This document shows, in pieces, positions 42,637-54,440 of a DNA stretch of 64,000 nt (the stretch's first letter is position 1; every line of letters starts with the position of its first letter). The stretch lies in assembly GCA_041389825.1 (NCBI GenBank), contig JAWKRC010000007.1:125093-189092 (forward strand). The letters run 5' to 3'. The translations under genes and the position numbers were made by a program. The DNA comes from Polyangiales bacterium (GTDB taxonomy: Bacteria > Myxococcota_A > Polyangia > Polyangiales > Ga0077539). A model generated the notes under the pieces. That model ran no database searches and was not told where the DNA came from. It saw only the letters and a list, made by a program, of their open reading frames with translations.

Positions 42637-43317
42637 TCAGCCGCGCGCGCCGAAGATCGCCGTGCCGACACGCACCACCGTCGCGCCCTGCGCCACGGCG
42701 ACGTCGAGGTCGTGCGTCATCCCCATCGAGAGGTCGGGCATCCGCGCGGCGCCGCCGTTCGCGTCGCGGAGCGCTCGGAGCGCGGCGAAGTACGGCGCGG
42801 CGCCCGCGGGGTCGTCGGTGTGCGGCGGCACGGTCATCAGCCCGCGCAGACGCAGCGACGCGCAGCCCGCGAGCGCGTCGAGCACCGCGGGCAGCTCCGC
42901 GGGCGCGCAGCCCGACTTCTGCGACTCGCCGCCGACGTTGACCTGCACGAAGACGTCGACCACGCGGCCCGCGGCCGCGACGCGCCGGTCGAGCTCCGAC
43001 GCGAGGCGCGGCGAGTCGACGGTGTGCACCGTCGCGACGAAGGGCGCGATCGCCCGGGCCTTGTTCGTCTGGAGGTGGCCGATGAAATGCCAGCGCAGCC
43101 CGTCGAGGTCCGCGAGGGCGTCGCGCTTGGCGGTGAGCTCCTGCACGTAGTTCTCGCCGAAGTCGCGCTGCCCGGCGGCGTAGGCCTCGCGCACGAGCGC
43201 CGCGTCGTGCGTCTTGCTCACGGCGACGAGGGTGACCTCAGCCACGTCGCGTCCGGCGCGCGCGCACGCGGAGGCGATCATCGACCGCACCTCGGCGAGA
43301 CGCGCGGCGACGCTCAT
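42637..43317 (-). CDS. yggS: YggS-family pyridoxal-phosphate homeostasis protein
   Basis: Internal ATG (MSVAARLAEV...). ...LVAVSKTH...FGENYVQE...WHFIGHLQTNKA...VDSPRLA...VNVGGE..KSG... is the canonical YggS/PLPHP sequence. Confidence 0.8.
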   Translation of the reverse strand: MSVAARLAEVRSMIASACARAGRDVAEVTLVAVSKTHDAALVREAYAAGQRDFGENYVQELTAKRDALADLDGLRWHFIGHLQTNKARAIAPFVATVHTVDSPRLASELDRRVAAAGRVVDVFVQVNVGGESQKSGCAPAELPAVLDALAGCASLRLRGLMTVPPHTDDPAGAAPYFAALRALRDANGGAARMPDLSMGMTHDLDVAVAQGATVVRVGTAIFGARG

Positions 43318-43943
43318 CAGAGGGGGTAGCCCTCGATCGCCTCGAGCTGGAGCAGCACCTCGATCACGCGGTGCATCGGCAGCCCGACCACGTTCGAGTA
43401 GCTGCCCTCGATGCGCTCGCAGAAGGGCCCCGCGAGGCCCTGGATCGCGTAGCCGCCGGCCTTGTCGACGCCCTCTCCCGTGGCGACGTAGCGGCGCACC
43501 TCGTCTTCGGCGAGGGCGCGGAACGTCACCGCGGTGGTCTCTGCCCACGCGGGGGCGTCGAAGGCGTCTTGGCCGTGGATGACGAAGCCCGTGGTGACGT
43601 GGTGCGTGCGCCCCGAGAGGAGGCGCAGCATCCGGCGCGCGTCGTCTTCGTCTCGCGGCTTGCCGAGGAGCTCGCCGCCGATGTGCACGATGGTGTCGGC
43701 GCAGAGCACCCAGCGCCCCTCGGAGGGGATGCCGCGCTGGTGCATCGCGTAGAGCACGGCCGCGCCCTTCTGCCGCGCGAGCCGGGTCGCCATCGCGTCG
43801 GGGCGCTCGCCGGGGAGCAGCGTCTCGTCGATGTCGATGGCCACCACCTCGACCGGAACGCCGACGCGCTCGAGGAGCTCACGCCTGCGGGGCGACGCGG
43901 AGCCAAGGATGAGCGGGTTCGCGCTGGAGAGCCTCTCCTGCAT
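43317..43943 (-). CDS. maf: Maf-like nucleoside triphosphate pyrophosphatase (septum formation protein Maf)
   Basis: MQERLSSANPLILGSASPRRRELLERVGVP...LCADTIVHIGGELLGKP...GGYAIQG are Maf family motifs. 1-nt overlap with the yggS start. Confidence 0.8.
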   Translation of the reverse strand: MQERLSSANPLILGSASPRRRELLERVGVPVEVVAIDIDETLLPGERPDAMATRLARQKGAAVLYAMHQRGIPSEGRWVLCADTIVHIGGELLGKPRDEDDARRMLRLLSGRTHHVTTGFVIHGQDAFDAPAWAETTAVTFRALAEDEVRRYVATGEGVDKAGGYAIQGLAGPFCERIEGSYSNVVGLPMHRVIEVLLQLEAIEGYPL

Positions 43944-43966
43944 CGCAGGGCAATCGTGCCCCCGTT

Positions 43967-44836
43967 TCACGATTCGTCAACAGTCGCGCGCGCGGGAGAC
44001 GCGCGCAGCAGCGTGCGCGTGCGGATCTCGATGTTCACCGCGCGCCCCTGGACGCGCAGGGACACCCGCATCGTCCCTCGGGTCTCGACGCGCTGCATGA
44101 CGGCGCCGTCGAGGCGCACCTCGGTGGTGCCGCGCGAGCCGCCCGACGCGGTGAGCGGAACGCCCGCGACCTCGGCGCCGGGCCGCGACCGGATCTCGCT
44201 CACCGCCTCGATCACCGCGACCCGCGCGTCGCCCGCGCCGCGGAGCGCGCGCAGCGTGTAGGTGTTCACCATGTCGAGCTCGGTGGTGACCCCGGGCGCC
44301 GGCTGGAGGCGCATCGCGCGCCGATCGACCCACGACTGACCGACCCGCGCGGCGGTCTCGGGCAACGGCGCGCCGGTCTGTTCGAGCCCTTCGATGATGG
44401 TGCGCACGAAGGCCGCGACGGGCTCGTCGGGCTGCCCGACGACGCGCGCCCCGCGGATCGCCCCTCGGGGGTCCTGCTGGTACTCGACGCTCACCTCGCG
44501 GAGCCCGCGAACGAGCGCCCTCCGTTGCGCCTCGGGGACCGCGGCGTCGAGCGTGAGGTCGACCACGCGGAGCCGCTGGCTCGCGACCCCCTCGGGGCTC
44601 ACCGAGACGGTCTCGACCTCTTCGACCATCGTGCTGTGAGAGGTGCGCGGGCCCGGCGTCATCGACTGCTCGCTCTCGACGGCGTAGCGCACGCGCTGAC
44701 CGGCCCTCCACGTGAAGCGGAGCTGCGTCGCGGGTGTGCTCCGCGCGCTGGCCCCGCGCGTCGGCCTCGCCGGCTGCGCGCGCGCGGAGGCGGTCGCGAG
44801 CAGCGAGGCCACGAACAGCGAGGCGACGGACCTCAC
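43967..44836 (-). CDS. secreted hypothetical protein
   Basis: GTG start (VRSVASLFVASLLATASARAQP) gives a signal peptide; GTGA overlap with the pyrD stop. Confidence 0.5.
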   Translation of the reverse strand: MRSVASLFVASLLATASARAQPARPTRGASARSTPATQLRFTWRAGQRVRYAVESEQSMTPGPRTSHSTMVEEVETVSVSPEGVASQRLRVVDLTLDAAVPEAQRRALVRGLREVSVEYQQDPRGAIRGARVVGQPDEPVAAFVRTIIEGLEQTGAPLPETAARVGQSWVDRRAMRLQPAPGVTTELDMVNTYTLRALRGAGDARVAVIEAVSEIRSRPGAEVAGVPLTASGGSRGTTEVRLDGAVMQRVETRGTMRVSLRVQGRAVNIEIRTRTLLRASPARATVDES

Positions 44837-45975
44837 GGCGACGCCTCCTCGCGCGGCGGCGAGGGGAGCTCGCGCCCGACGAGCTCCGCGATCGACGCGA
44901 GGCCCTCGCGGCGCGCGCGCGCGGCGAGGCCGCGGGTGAGGTTCGCGGCGAGGGTCGGGCCCTCGTACACGAAGGCCGTGTAGACCTGCACCAGCGACGC
45001 CCCCGCGGCGAGCATCGCCCACGCGTCGTCGACGCCGCCCACCCCGCCGACGCCCACCACGGGGAACGCTCCCCTCGCCCGCGACGCCACGCGGCGCACC
45101 ACCTCGAGCGAGCGCGCGCGGAGCGGCGCGCCGGAGAGCCCCCCGTCTCCCGCCGCGCGAACGACCGACTCGGGCGTGCGCAGGCCCTCTCTGCGGGTCG
45201 TGGTGTTGGTCGCGACGACGCCGTCGAGGCGCTCGGCGCGCGCGAGCTCGACCACGGCGTCGATGTCTTCGTCGGCGAGGTCGGGCGCGATCTTCACCAG
45301 CAGCGGCGTCGCGGCGCCGGGCCCTTCACTCACGGCGGCGCGCACCGCGCGCACCACGTCGACGAGCGCGTCGACCGACTGGAGCGAGCGCAGGCCCGGG
45401 GTGTTGGGCGACGAGACGTTCACGACCATCCAGTCGGCGAGGGGCGCGAGCAGGCGCGCGCTCTCGGCGTAGTCGGCAGGGGCGTCTTCGAGCGGCGTCA
45501 CCTTCGATTTGCCGAGGTTCACCCCCACGCGCACGCGGTCGGCGCGCACCGCGGCGAGGGCCTCGCGCGCGGCCGCGGCGCCGGGGTTGTTGAAGCCCAT
45601 GCGGTTCACCACGGCGCGGTCGAGCGGCAGGCGGAACAGCCGCGGTCGGGGATTGCCCGGCTGCGCGCGCGACGTGACGGTGCCCACCTCGACGTGCGCG
45701 AAGCCGAGCGCGCCGAGGCCGTTGTAGAGCGTGGCCGACTTGTCGAAGCCGCCCGCGACGCCGATGGGAGAGCGAAAGTCCTTTCCCCAGACGCGCACGG
45801 CGAGGATCGGGTCGTCGTCGGGCGAGAGGAGCGCGCGGGTCACCGCGCGCAGCGGCGCCCATCGGTGCGCGAGGCGCAGGCCCGACGCGGCGAGGCCGTG
45901 GGCGGTCTCTGCGTCGAGGTGAAAGAGCGCGGGGCGCAGCGCGCGGCGGTAGAGCGCGCCGAGAGGGTCAGTCAT
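44833..45975 (-). CDS. pyrD: dihydroorotate dehydrogenase (quinone), class 2
   Basis: 380 aa. N-terminal membrane-association helix (LFHLDAETAHGLA), VGVNLGKSK, VVNVSSPNTPGLR and GGLSG are class 2 DHODH motifs. Confidence 0.85.
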   Translation of the reverse strand: MTDPLGALYRRALRPALFHLDAETAHGLAASGLRLAHRWAPLRAVTRALLSPDDDPILAVRVWGKDFRSPIGVAGGFDKSATLYNGLGALGFAHVEVGTVTSRAQPGNPRPRLFRLPLDRAVVNRMGFNNPGAAAAREALAAVRADRVRVGVNLGKSKVTPLEDAPADYAESARLLAPLADWMVVNVSSPNTPGLRSLQSVDALVDVVRAVRAAVSEGPGAATPLLVKIAPDLADEDIDAVVELARAERLDGVVATNTTTRREGLRTPESVVRAAGDGGLSGAPLRARSLEVVRRVASRARGAFPVVGVGGVGGVDDAWAMLAAGASLVQVYTAFVYEGPTLAANLTRGLAARARREGLASIAELVGRELPSPPREEASP

Positions 45976-47080
45976 CGCAGTCCAGCGCGCGGGTCCAGAC
46001 GGCGGTGGAGCTCGCGCCGTTGCCGTCGGGGTCGGCGTAGCCGCCGCCCAGCACGAAGCCCGTGGGCGTCGCCATCACCTCGCTCGGGTCGCACCGCAGG
46101 AACGACTCGCCGAAGTCCGCGAGGATCTCCCTGCGCGCGACGTCGACCACGGTCACCTGGCACCCGCCCAGCCCCGGCGGCTCGTGCAGCACCGCGACCC
46201 GCTCGCCCGACGCGGCCACCGCGCGCTGCGCGCCGTCGCGCACGCCTACGAACCACCCTCGTTGTGGAGCGTCGATGGGCGCGAGGTAGAGCGACGGGTC
46301 CTCCCCGCCGCGCACGAGCCCTCGCACGCGGACGCAACCTCTCGACGGGCACGCCACCAGCGCCATCTCGTCGGCGTCCTCGTCCGTCGAGGCTCGTGAG
46401 TCCCAGAGGAGCTCGGCGTCGGGGCCGAGCACCCAGCTCCGTCGCGCGGGCGCGCGGTCGCTCTCGGCGGTCACCACGTAGCGGCCGAAGTCCCACCGCG
46501 CGGTCAATCCCCGCAGGCCCTCGACGGGCGCGCCCAGGCTCCGCGACGGACCGAGCGCCGCGCCGTCAGCGCCGAGCACCGCGGCCTCGAGCGCGTAGCC
46601 CGGCGCCTGCCCCCGCGCGAGCCGCCCGGTGACCAGCAGCGCGTGCGACGCGCCTCCCGCGAGCGCCACCGCGGGCGGGCGCAGGTCACGGCGCGTCGTG
46701 CGCGACTCGTTGAGCGACGCGTCTGCGCTCACGAGCGACTCGCCGTCGACGAGAAGGTAGCGGCCGTCGACCCATGCCGCGCCGCGCGGGTCGAAGAAGC
46801 CGTCAGACGACCGCATCGATGCGCCGTCGGACACGACCCCGAGCGACGCGCCGAGGTTCACGAACAGGGCCGGTCCCCCGGGAGACCGCGCCCACGTCAG
46901 CACCCGCGCCGACCGAGCCGCGTCGACGCGCACGCGGTCGCGCACCACGCAGCGACGTCGCGCGCCGTTCACCGCGGCGTTGGGGTCAGGGCCGCCGACG
47001 CCCGCGTCGATCTTCGCGCCGCTGGAGCACGCCGCGCAGAGCGCGAGGACGACCGCGGTGGAGCGCGCGAGGGCAGTCAC
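45968..47080 (-). CDS. hypothetical lipoprotein
   Basis: Signal plus lipobox (VVLALCAACSSG); 370 aa; no family assigned. Confidence 0.5.
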   Translation of the reverse strand: MTALARSTAVVLALCAACSSGAKIDAGVGGPDPNAAVNGARRRCVVRDRVRVDAARSARVLTWARSPGGPALFVNLGASLGVVSDGASMRSSDGFFDPRGAAWVDGRYLLVDGESLVSADASLNESRTTRRDLRPPAVALAGGASHALLVTGRLARGQAPGYALEAAVLGADGAALGPSRSLGAPVEGLRGLTARWDFGRYVVTAESDRAPARRSWVLGPDAELLWDSRASTDEDADEMALVACPSRGCVRVRGLVRGGEDPSLYLAPIDAPQRGWFVGVRDGAQRAVAASGERVAVLHEPPGLGGCQVTVVDVARREILADFGESFLRCDPSEVMATPTGFVLGGGYADPDGNGASSTAVWTRALDCDD

Positions 47081-47160
47081 GGTGAGGGAAGGTACCCGAA
47101 TCCCGCGCGCGGCGCTCAGCGTGAGCGCGACGCGCGGGGAAGGGTCTGGCTACGGAGGGC

Positions 47161-49641
<2,481 letters not shown>

Positions 49642-49811
49642 TGCAGAGTTCCCCCGCGGGCGACGCCCGCCGCGCAGACCGGATCACCGCGTCGCGCGAC
49701 GATAGTCACTCCGTTTTGGGAAGGCAACGGCACGTCGCCTGCACATCCGCACCGTTCTGCGCGCAGCGGCGTGGTTTGCTCCGGCGCGGTGTCGGGCGGT
49801 AGAGATACGCC

Positions 49812-50363
49812 ATGCGGTCGACGGCGCTGGGCGATTGGACCTCCTTCGCGTGGAACCTCCCGACGCTCCTCCTGTGCGGGGCGGCGGCGGCGGTGGGCCT
49901 CCTCGCGGCGCGGTCGCTCTACCGCGACGCGCTCCCGGCGCGCGCGCGGGCGCTGCGCTGGTCGCTCGTGGGCTGGAGCGCCACGACCGCGGCGCTGCTC
50001 TCGCTCTTCGCGTGGCCGTACCTCACCGCGTTCTCGACCGTGCACGTCGAGCCCGACGGGGCGTGGCGCCTCAGCAATTACCTCGGCGTGACGGTCGCTC
50101 GCGTGCCCGCGCGCGAGCTGCGGCGCGTGCACGGCGAGGACCTCGGCGGCCTCCGCCGCGGCGCGGGTCGCCTGCGCGTGCAGCGCGCCGACGGCAGCTA
50201 CGTCGACTCGGTGCGCATCAGCGGCGCGCGCTTCGACGCCGCGTGCGCGGCGCTGGGCTACGACGACCTCTCGCTCCTGCCGTCGGTGCACGGCGTCGTG
50301 ACGGCGCCGCACGCCTGGTCGCCCCTCGGGCCGCGCCTGCCCGCGACCCTCGCCGCGAACTGA
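49812..50363 (+). CDS. hypothetical membrane protein
   Basis: 183 aa with two N-terminal TM segments. Confidence 0.45.
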   Translation: MRSTALGDWTSFAWNLPTLLLCGAAAAVGLLAARSLYRDALPARARALRWSLVGWSATTAALLSLFAWPYLTAFSTVHVEPDGAWRLSNYLGVTVARVPARELRRVHGEDLGGLRRGAGRLRVQRADGSYVDSVRISGARFDAACAALGYDDLSLLPSVHGVVTAPHAWSPLGPRLPATLAAN

Positions 50364-50918
50364 CTACGGCGCTCGCGAGAGCCGCGCGCCCTCGCTCGTC
50401 GCCTCGACGCTCAGGCCCAGCGAGGCGGCGCGGCGCGCGCACATCGCGTCGACGGGAGGAGCTCGCGAGGCGCGCACGATCACCGCGTCGTCGTCGCTCG
50501 TGACCGAGGCGCCCGGGAGGTCGAAGAGCGCGCGGAGCAGCCGCGCGGCGTCGGCGCGGTGACCGCGCACGGTGAACGGTCGCAGCGGCGCGCGGACCTC
50601 GACGCGCATCGACGCCCCCACGGCGAGGGCCACCGCCCACAGGTCGAACTCGTCTTCGCTGCGCCAGCGGCGGGCGAGCGCGCAGCGGACCAGCTCGGTC
50701 GCGCGGCGGGCTCGGAGCGTCACCGGGGAGAGCTCCTCGGCCGCGAGCCCCGCGGGGAGCGCGCGGAGGGTCGCGCGGACCTCGGCGAGGGCCACGGCCA
50801 CGAGCGACGCGAGCTCGGCGGACCACGGCCCTCGGGGCGGCGGAGACCAGCGGGCGCGGCGGCGCGCGCGGCGGGCGCGGCGGAGCGATGCGGCCAAGCG
50901 GCTCCCGGCGGAGGTCAT
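50364..50918 (-). CDS. hypothetical protein
   Basis: 184 aa from internal ATG (MTSAGSRL...) with a strong GC3 bias. Its start region overlaps, in antisense, the first ~100 nt of the called 797-aa ORF, and the true start of that GspE gene is further downstream. Confidence 0.4.
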   Translation of the reverse strand: MTSAGSRLAASLRRARRARRRARWSPPPRGPWSAELASLVAVALAEVRATLRALPAGLAAEELSPVTLRARRATELVRCALARRWRSEDEFDLWAVALAVGASMRVEVRAPLRPFTVRGHRADAARLLRALFDLPGASVTSDDDAVIVRASRAPPVDAMCARRAASLGLSVEATSEGARLSRAP

Positions 50919-51018
50919 GCGACGTCGTGCCTCGGCGCGAGGGTATAGGACAGCGCTCCGTGGCGTCGACGCGCGGCGCCGTGACCGCGCCGTCGACCTT
51001 CGGATACCGTCGCCCTCC

Positions 51019-52965
51019 ATGGACGGGCGAGACGAAGCCGGGGAGTACGGTTGGGAGGAGCGGCCGCGGTACCGACGGCTGCTCGCGGCGCTCGACGACG
51101 TGGTCGACGCCGCCGCGTCGCTGCGGCAGCTCCTGGTGAACGCGGGCGACCTCCTGCACGCGCTCCTCGACGCCGAGCGCGTCGCGGTGTGGGCCGTCGA
51201 CGTCCGCAACCAGTCGCTCTACAGCCTCGCGCGCAGCGGGGGCGAGACGGCCACGCTCCGCCTCGCGCTCGACGAGAGCTCGGTGCCCGGCTTCGCGGCC
51301 ACCACGGGTCGCACCGTGTGCCTGCGCGACGTGAGCGACCCCGCCGAGCGCGCGCGCTTCTCCCCTCGCCTGCGCCACGACCCCGCGCGGGACGTGGGCG
51401 CGGGCAACGCGGCGAAGCAGCTCCTCGTCGCGCCGATGCGCGGCGACGCGGCGGTGCTCGGCGTGATCGAGTTCGTGAACAGCCTCGACGGCAACGACTT
51501 CCAGGTCGACGACATCCGCCTCGCCGAGCAGATCGCGCGGATGATCGGCAAGAAGCTCGACGCGCTCACGCGGCCCGCCCCGCCCGCGCCGCGGCCGCCG
51601 ATCCCGTCGGCGCAGCCCACGTCGGCGCGGCCTCCGCCGATGACGGCGAGCGCGGGCCCGCAGTCGAAGGCCGTGCAGCGCCTCCTCGACCAGATCGCGC
51701 GCAACGCCCGCGACGAGTCGGCCGACGACGACGCGCTGGTCGACGACCCCGGCGAGGGCGCGCGAGAGCCCGAGGCCCTCGCGGTGCGGCTCGTGCGGCA
51801 GATCGTGATCGACGCCGAGGCCGCGCGCGCGTCGGACGTGCACATCGAGCCCGGCGCGTCGGGCAAGCCCACCAAGGTGCGCTTCCGCGTCGACGGCGAC
51901 TGCGCGGACTACGTGATGATCCCGGGCGCCTTTCACGACGCGCTGGTGGGCAGGCTCAAGGTGCTCGCCAACCTCGACCTCGCCGAGCGCCGACGGCCGC
52001 AAGACGGGCGGCTCCGCGTGCGCGGCCCCGCGGGCCCCATCGAGGTGCGCATCGCGACCTTGCCCACCGTGGGCGAGCGCGAGGACGTGACGCTGCGCCT
52101 CCTCGCGGGGTGGCGCACGGTGCCCTTGGAGGGACTGCACCTCTCCGACGCGAACCTGCGGCGCTTCTCGTCGCTCATCGCGAGCCCCTACGGGATCGTG
52201 CTGGTGACGGGGCCCACGGGTTCGGGCAAGACCACCACCCTGCACGCCGCGCTCGGGGTGCTCAACACCGCCGACCGCAAGGTGCTCACCGTCGAAGACC
52301 CCGTGGAGATCGTGCAGCCGGGGCTGCGGCAGGTGCAGGTGAACGCGCGCATCGGGCTGGGCTTCCCCGAGGCGCTGCGGGCCTTTCTCCGGTCGGACCC
52401 CGACGTGATCATGGTGGGCGAGATGCGCGACCGGGTGACGGCCACCATCGCCGTCGAGGCCTCGCTCACGGGCCACCTCGTGCTCTCGACGCTCCAGGCG
52501 AACAGCGCGATCGAGACGGTGCCTCGGCTCCTGGGCATGGACATCGACGCCTACGCCTTCGCCGACGCGCTCCGCGGGGTGGTGGCGCAGCGGCTCGTGC
52601 GGAGGCTCTGCGAGCGCTGCCGAGCGCCCTTCGCGCCGACGCCCGAGGAGTGGGCGCGCCTGTCGCGGGCCTACGGCGAGGGAGACTTCGCGCGCCTCGC
52701 GGACCGCAGCTCGATGGAGTTCTCGCTGCACCGCGCGGCGGGCTGCGCCGACTGCGGCGGCACCGGGTACAAGGGCCGCGTGGCGATCCACGAGATCCTC
52801 GTGGGCACCGACCCCGTGCAGGACCTCATCCGGCACCGGGGGACCATCGACGAGATCCGCGCGGCGGCGGCGGCCGACGGGATGACCACGATGCTTCAAG
52901 ACGGCGTCGAGAAGGTGCTCCGGGGCCTCACCGATTTCGACCAGGTGCGCGCGGCCTGCGTGTGA
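51019..52965 (+). CDS. GAF domain-containing GspE/PilB-family secretion ATPase
   Basis: Start at MDGRDEAGEY... An N-terminal GAF-like domain (...AVWAVDVRNQSLYSL...VPGFAATTGRTVCLRDV...GVIEFVNS) is followed by the full T2SS/T4P ATPase core: Walker A GPTGSGKTT, Asp box, Walker B IMVGEMRD, His box, and a tetracysteine CxxC...CxxC zinc motif. Confidence 0.8.
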   Translation: MDGRDEAGEYGWEERPRYRRLLAALDDVVDAAASLRQLLVNAGDLLHALLDAERVAVWAVDVRNQSLYSLARSGGETATLRLALDESSVPGFAATTGRTVCLRDVSDPAERARFSPRLRHDPARDVGAGNAAKQLLVAPMRGDAAVLGVIEFVNSLDGNDFQVDDIRLAEQIARMIGKKLDALTRPAPPAPRPPIPSAQPTSARPPPMTASAGPQSKAVQRLLDQIARNARDESADDDALVDDPGEGAREPEALAVRLVRQIVIDAEAARASDVHIEPGASGKPTKVRFRVDGDCADYVMIPGAFHDALVGRLKVLANLDLAERRRPQDGRLRVRGPAGPIEVRIATLPTVGEREDVTLRLLAGWRTVPLEGLHLSDANLRRFSSLIASPYGIVLVTGPTGSGKTTTLHAALGVLNTADRKVLTVEDPVEIVQPGLRQVQVNARIGLGFPEALRAFLRSDPDVIMVGEMRDRVTATIAVEASLTGHLVLSTLQANSAIETVPRLLGMDIDAYAFADALRGVVAQRLVRRLCERCRAPFAPTPEEWARLSRAYGEGDFARLADRSSMEFSLHRAAGCADCGGTGYKGRVAIHEILVGTDPVQDLIRHRGTIDEIRAAAAADGMTTMLQDGVEKVLRGLTDFDQVRAACV

Positions 52966-53022
52966 ATTCGCCCGCCCGCGGGAACAGCCCCCGCGCGCGT
53001 CGACGTTGGTACCATCGCGCGC

Positions 53023-54411
53023 GTGACCACCGCTGAGACCACCGTGATGGTCGTCGAGGACGACCGCTCGAACCTCGAGTCGCTCGAGCGCCTGCTCTCG
53101 CGCGAGGGCTACCGCGTGGTGACGGCGCCCGACGCGCGCACCGCGCTCGACCTCCTTCGGCGGCAGCGCGTGCCCGTGGTGGTCACCGACCTGATGATGC
53201 CGGGCCTGTCGGGCCTCGACCTCCTCAAGGCCATCAAGGCCGTGGCGGCCGAGACCGAGGTGATCCTGATGACGGCCTACGGCACCGTCGAGACGGCGGT
53301 CGAGGCCATGCGCGGCGGGGCCTATGACTTCGTCGAGAAGCCCCTCAAGCGCGTGCAGATCGTGAAGAGCGTCGCGAAGGCCGTCGAGCGCGCGTCGCTC
53401 GTGGCCGAGAACCGCACGCTGCGCGAGGCGCTGTCTCACCTGCGAAAGCGGGAGATCATCGGGAGCTCGCCCGCCCTCCGTCAGGTGCTCGAGGTGGCCG
53501 CGCAGGCCGCGCCCTCGATGGCCACTGTGCTGATCCTCGGCGAGTCGGGCACCGGCAAGGAGCTCCTCGCGCGCTACGTGCACTCGCGCTCGCAGCGGGG
53601 GTCGGGGCCCTTCATCGGGGTGAACTGCGCGGCGATCCCCGAGACCATCCTCGAGGCGGAGCTCTTCGGCTACGAGAAGGGCGCGTTCACTGGGGCCGTG
53701 CAGCGCCGCGAGGGGCGCTTCGCGCAGGCCAAGGGCGGCACGCTCTTCCTCGACGAGATCGGCGAGCTCAGCCCCGCGGTTCAGGTGAAGCTCCTGCGCG
53801 TGTTGCAGGAGGGGGAGTTCGAGCCCATCGGCGGCCGCACCCAGCGCGCCGACGTGCGGGTGGTGGCCGCGACCAACCGCGACCTGCAGTCCGAGGTGAG
53901 CGCGGGGCGCTTTCGCGAGGACCTCTTCTACCGCCTCAACGTCATCGCCATCACCGCCCCGCCGCTGCGCGCGCGGCCCGGCGACGTGCCGCTGCTGGTG
54001 GAGCACTTCCTCCAGGTCTTCGGCGAGCGCAACGGCAAGGGGCCCTTCACGGTCACGCCCGCCGCGATGGAGAAGCTCTCGGCGTGGACGTGGCCGGGCA
54101 ACGTGCGGGAGCTGGAGAACACCATCGAGCGCGCGGTGGTGCTCTCGCGGAGCACCACGCTCGACCTCGGGGATTTGCCCAAGCCCATCGTCGAGACCGA
54201 GCAGCCGCGGGCCGAGCTGGTCATCGCCGTGGGCACGCCGCTCGAAGAGATCGAGCGCATGGTGATCCGCGAGACGCTCCGCGCGACGGGCGGCGACAAG
54301 CGGCTCACCGCGCAGCTCCTCGGGATCGCGACGCGCACGATCTATCGCCGCCTCGCCGAGGAGCGCGACGGCGCCGTGAAGGACGGCGACGACCCCGACC
54401 TCGACGACTGA
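53023..54411 (+). CDS. sigma-54-dependent response regulator (NtrC/PilR-type: REC + AAA+ sigma-54 activator + Fis-type HTH)
   Basis: 462 aa. VMVVEDD, acceptor region [18 protein letters not shown] Walker A, GAFTGA sigma-54 contact motif, and a C-terminal HTH ([18 protein letters not shown]). Confidence 0.85.
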   Translation: MTTAETTVMVVEDDRSNLESLERLLSREGYRVVTAPDARTALDLLRRQRVPVVVTDLMMPGLSGLDLLKAIKAVAAETEVILMTAYGTVETAVEAMRGGAYDFVEKPLKRVQIVKSVAKAVERASLVAENRTLREALSHLRKREIIGSSPALRQVLEVAAQAAPSMATVLILGESGTGKELLARYVHSRSQRGSGPFIGVNCAAIPETILEAELFGYEKGAFTGAVQRREGRFAQAKGGTLFLDEIGELSPAVQVKLLRVLQEGEFEPIGGRTQRADVRVVAATNRDLQSEVSAGRFREDLFYRLNVIAITAPPLRARPGDVPLLVEHFLQVFGERNGKGPFTVTPAAMEKLSAWTWPGNVRELENTIERAVVLSRSTTLDLGDLPKPIVETEQPRAELVIAVGTPLEEIERMVIRETLRATGGDKRLTAQLLGIATRTIYRRLAEERDGAVKDGDDPDLDD

Positions 54412-54440
54412 CCCTTGGCCATGTGCCAGTATCCCTCCCC

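Noticed and set aside
54418-54440. Possible sigma-54 promoter (cttggccatgtgccag) upstream of the membrane-protein gene after the sigma-54 activator
   Set aside because: It has a TGGC-like -24 element but lacks a properly spaced TTGC -12 element, so it is not a convincing RpoN site.
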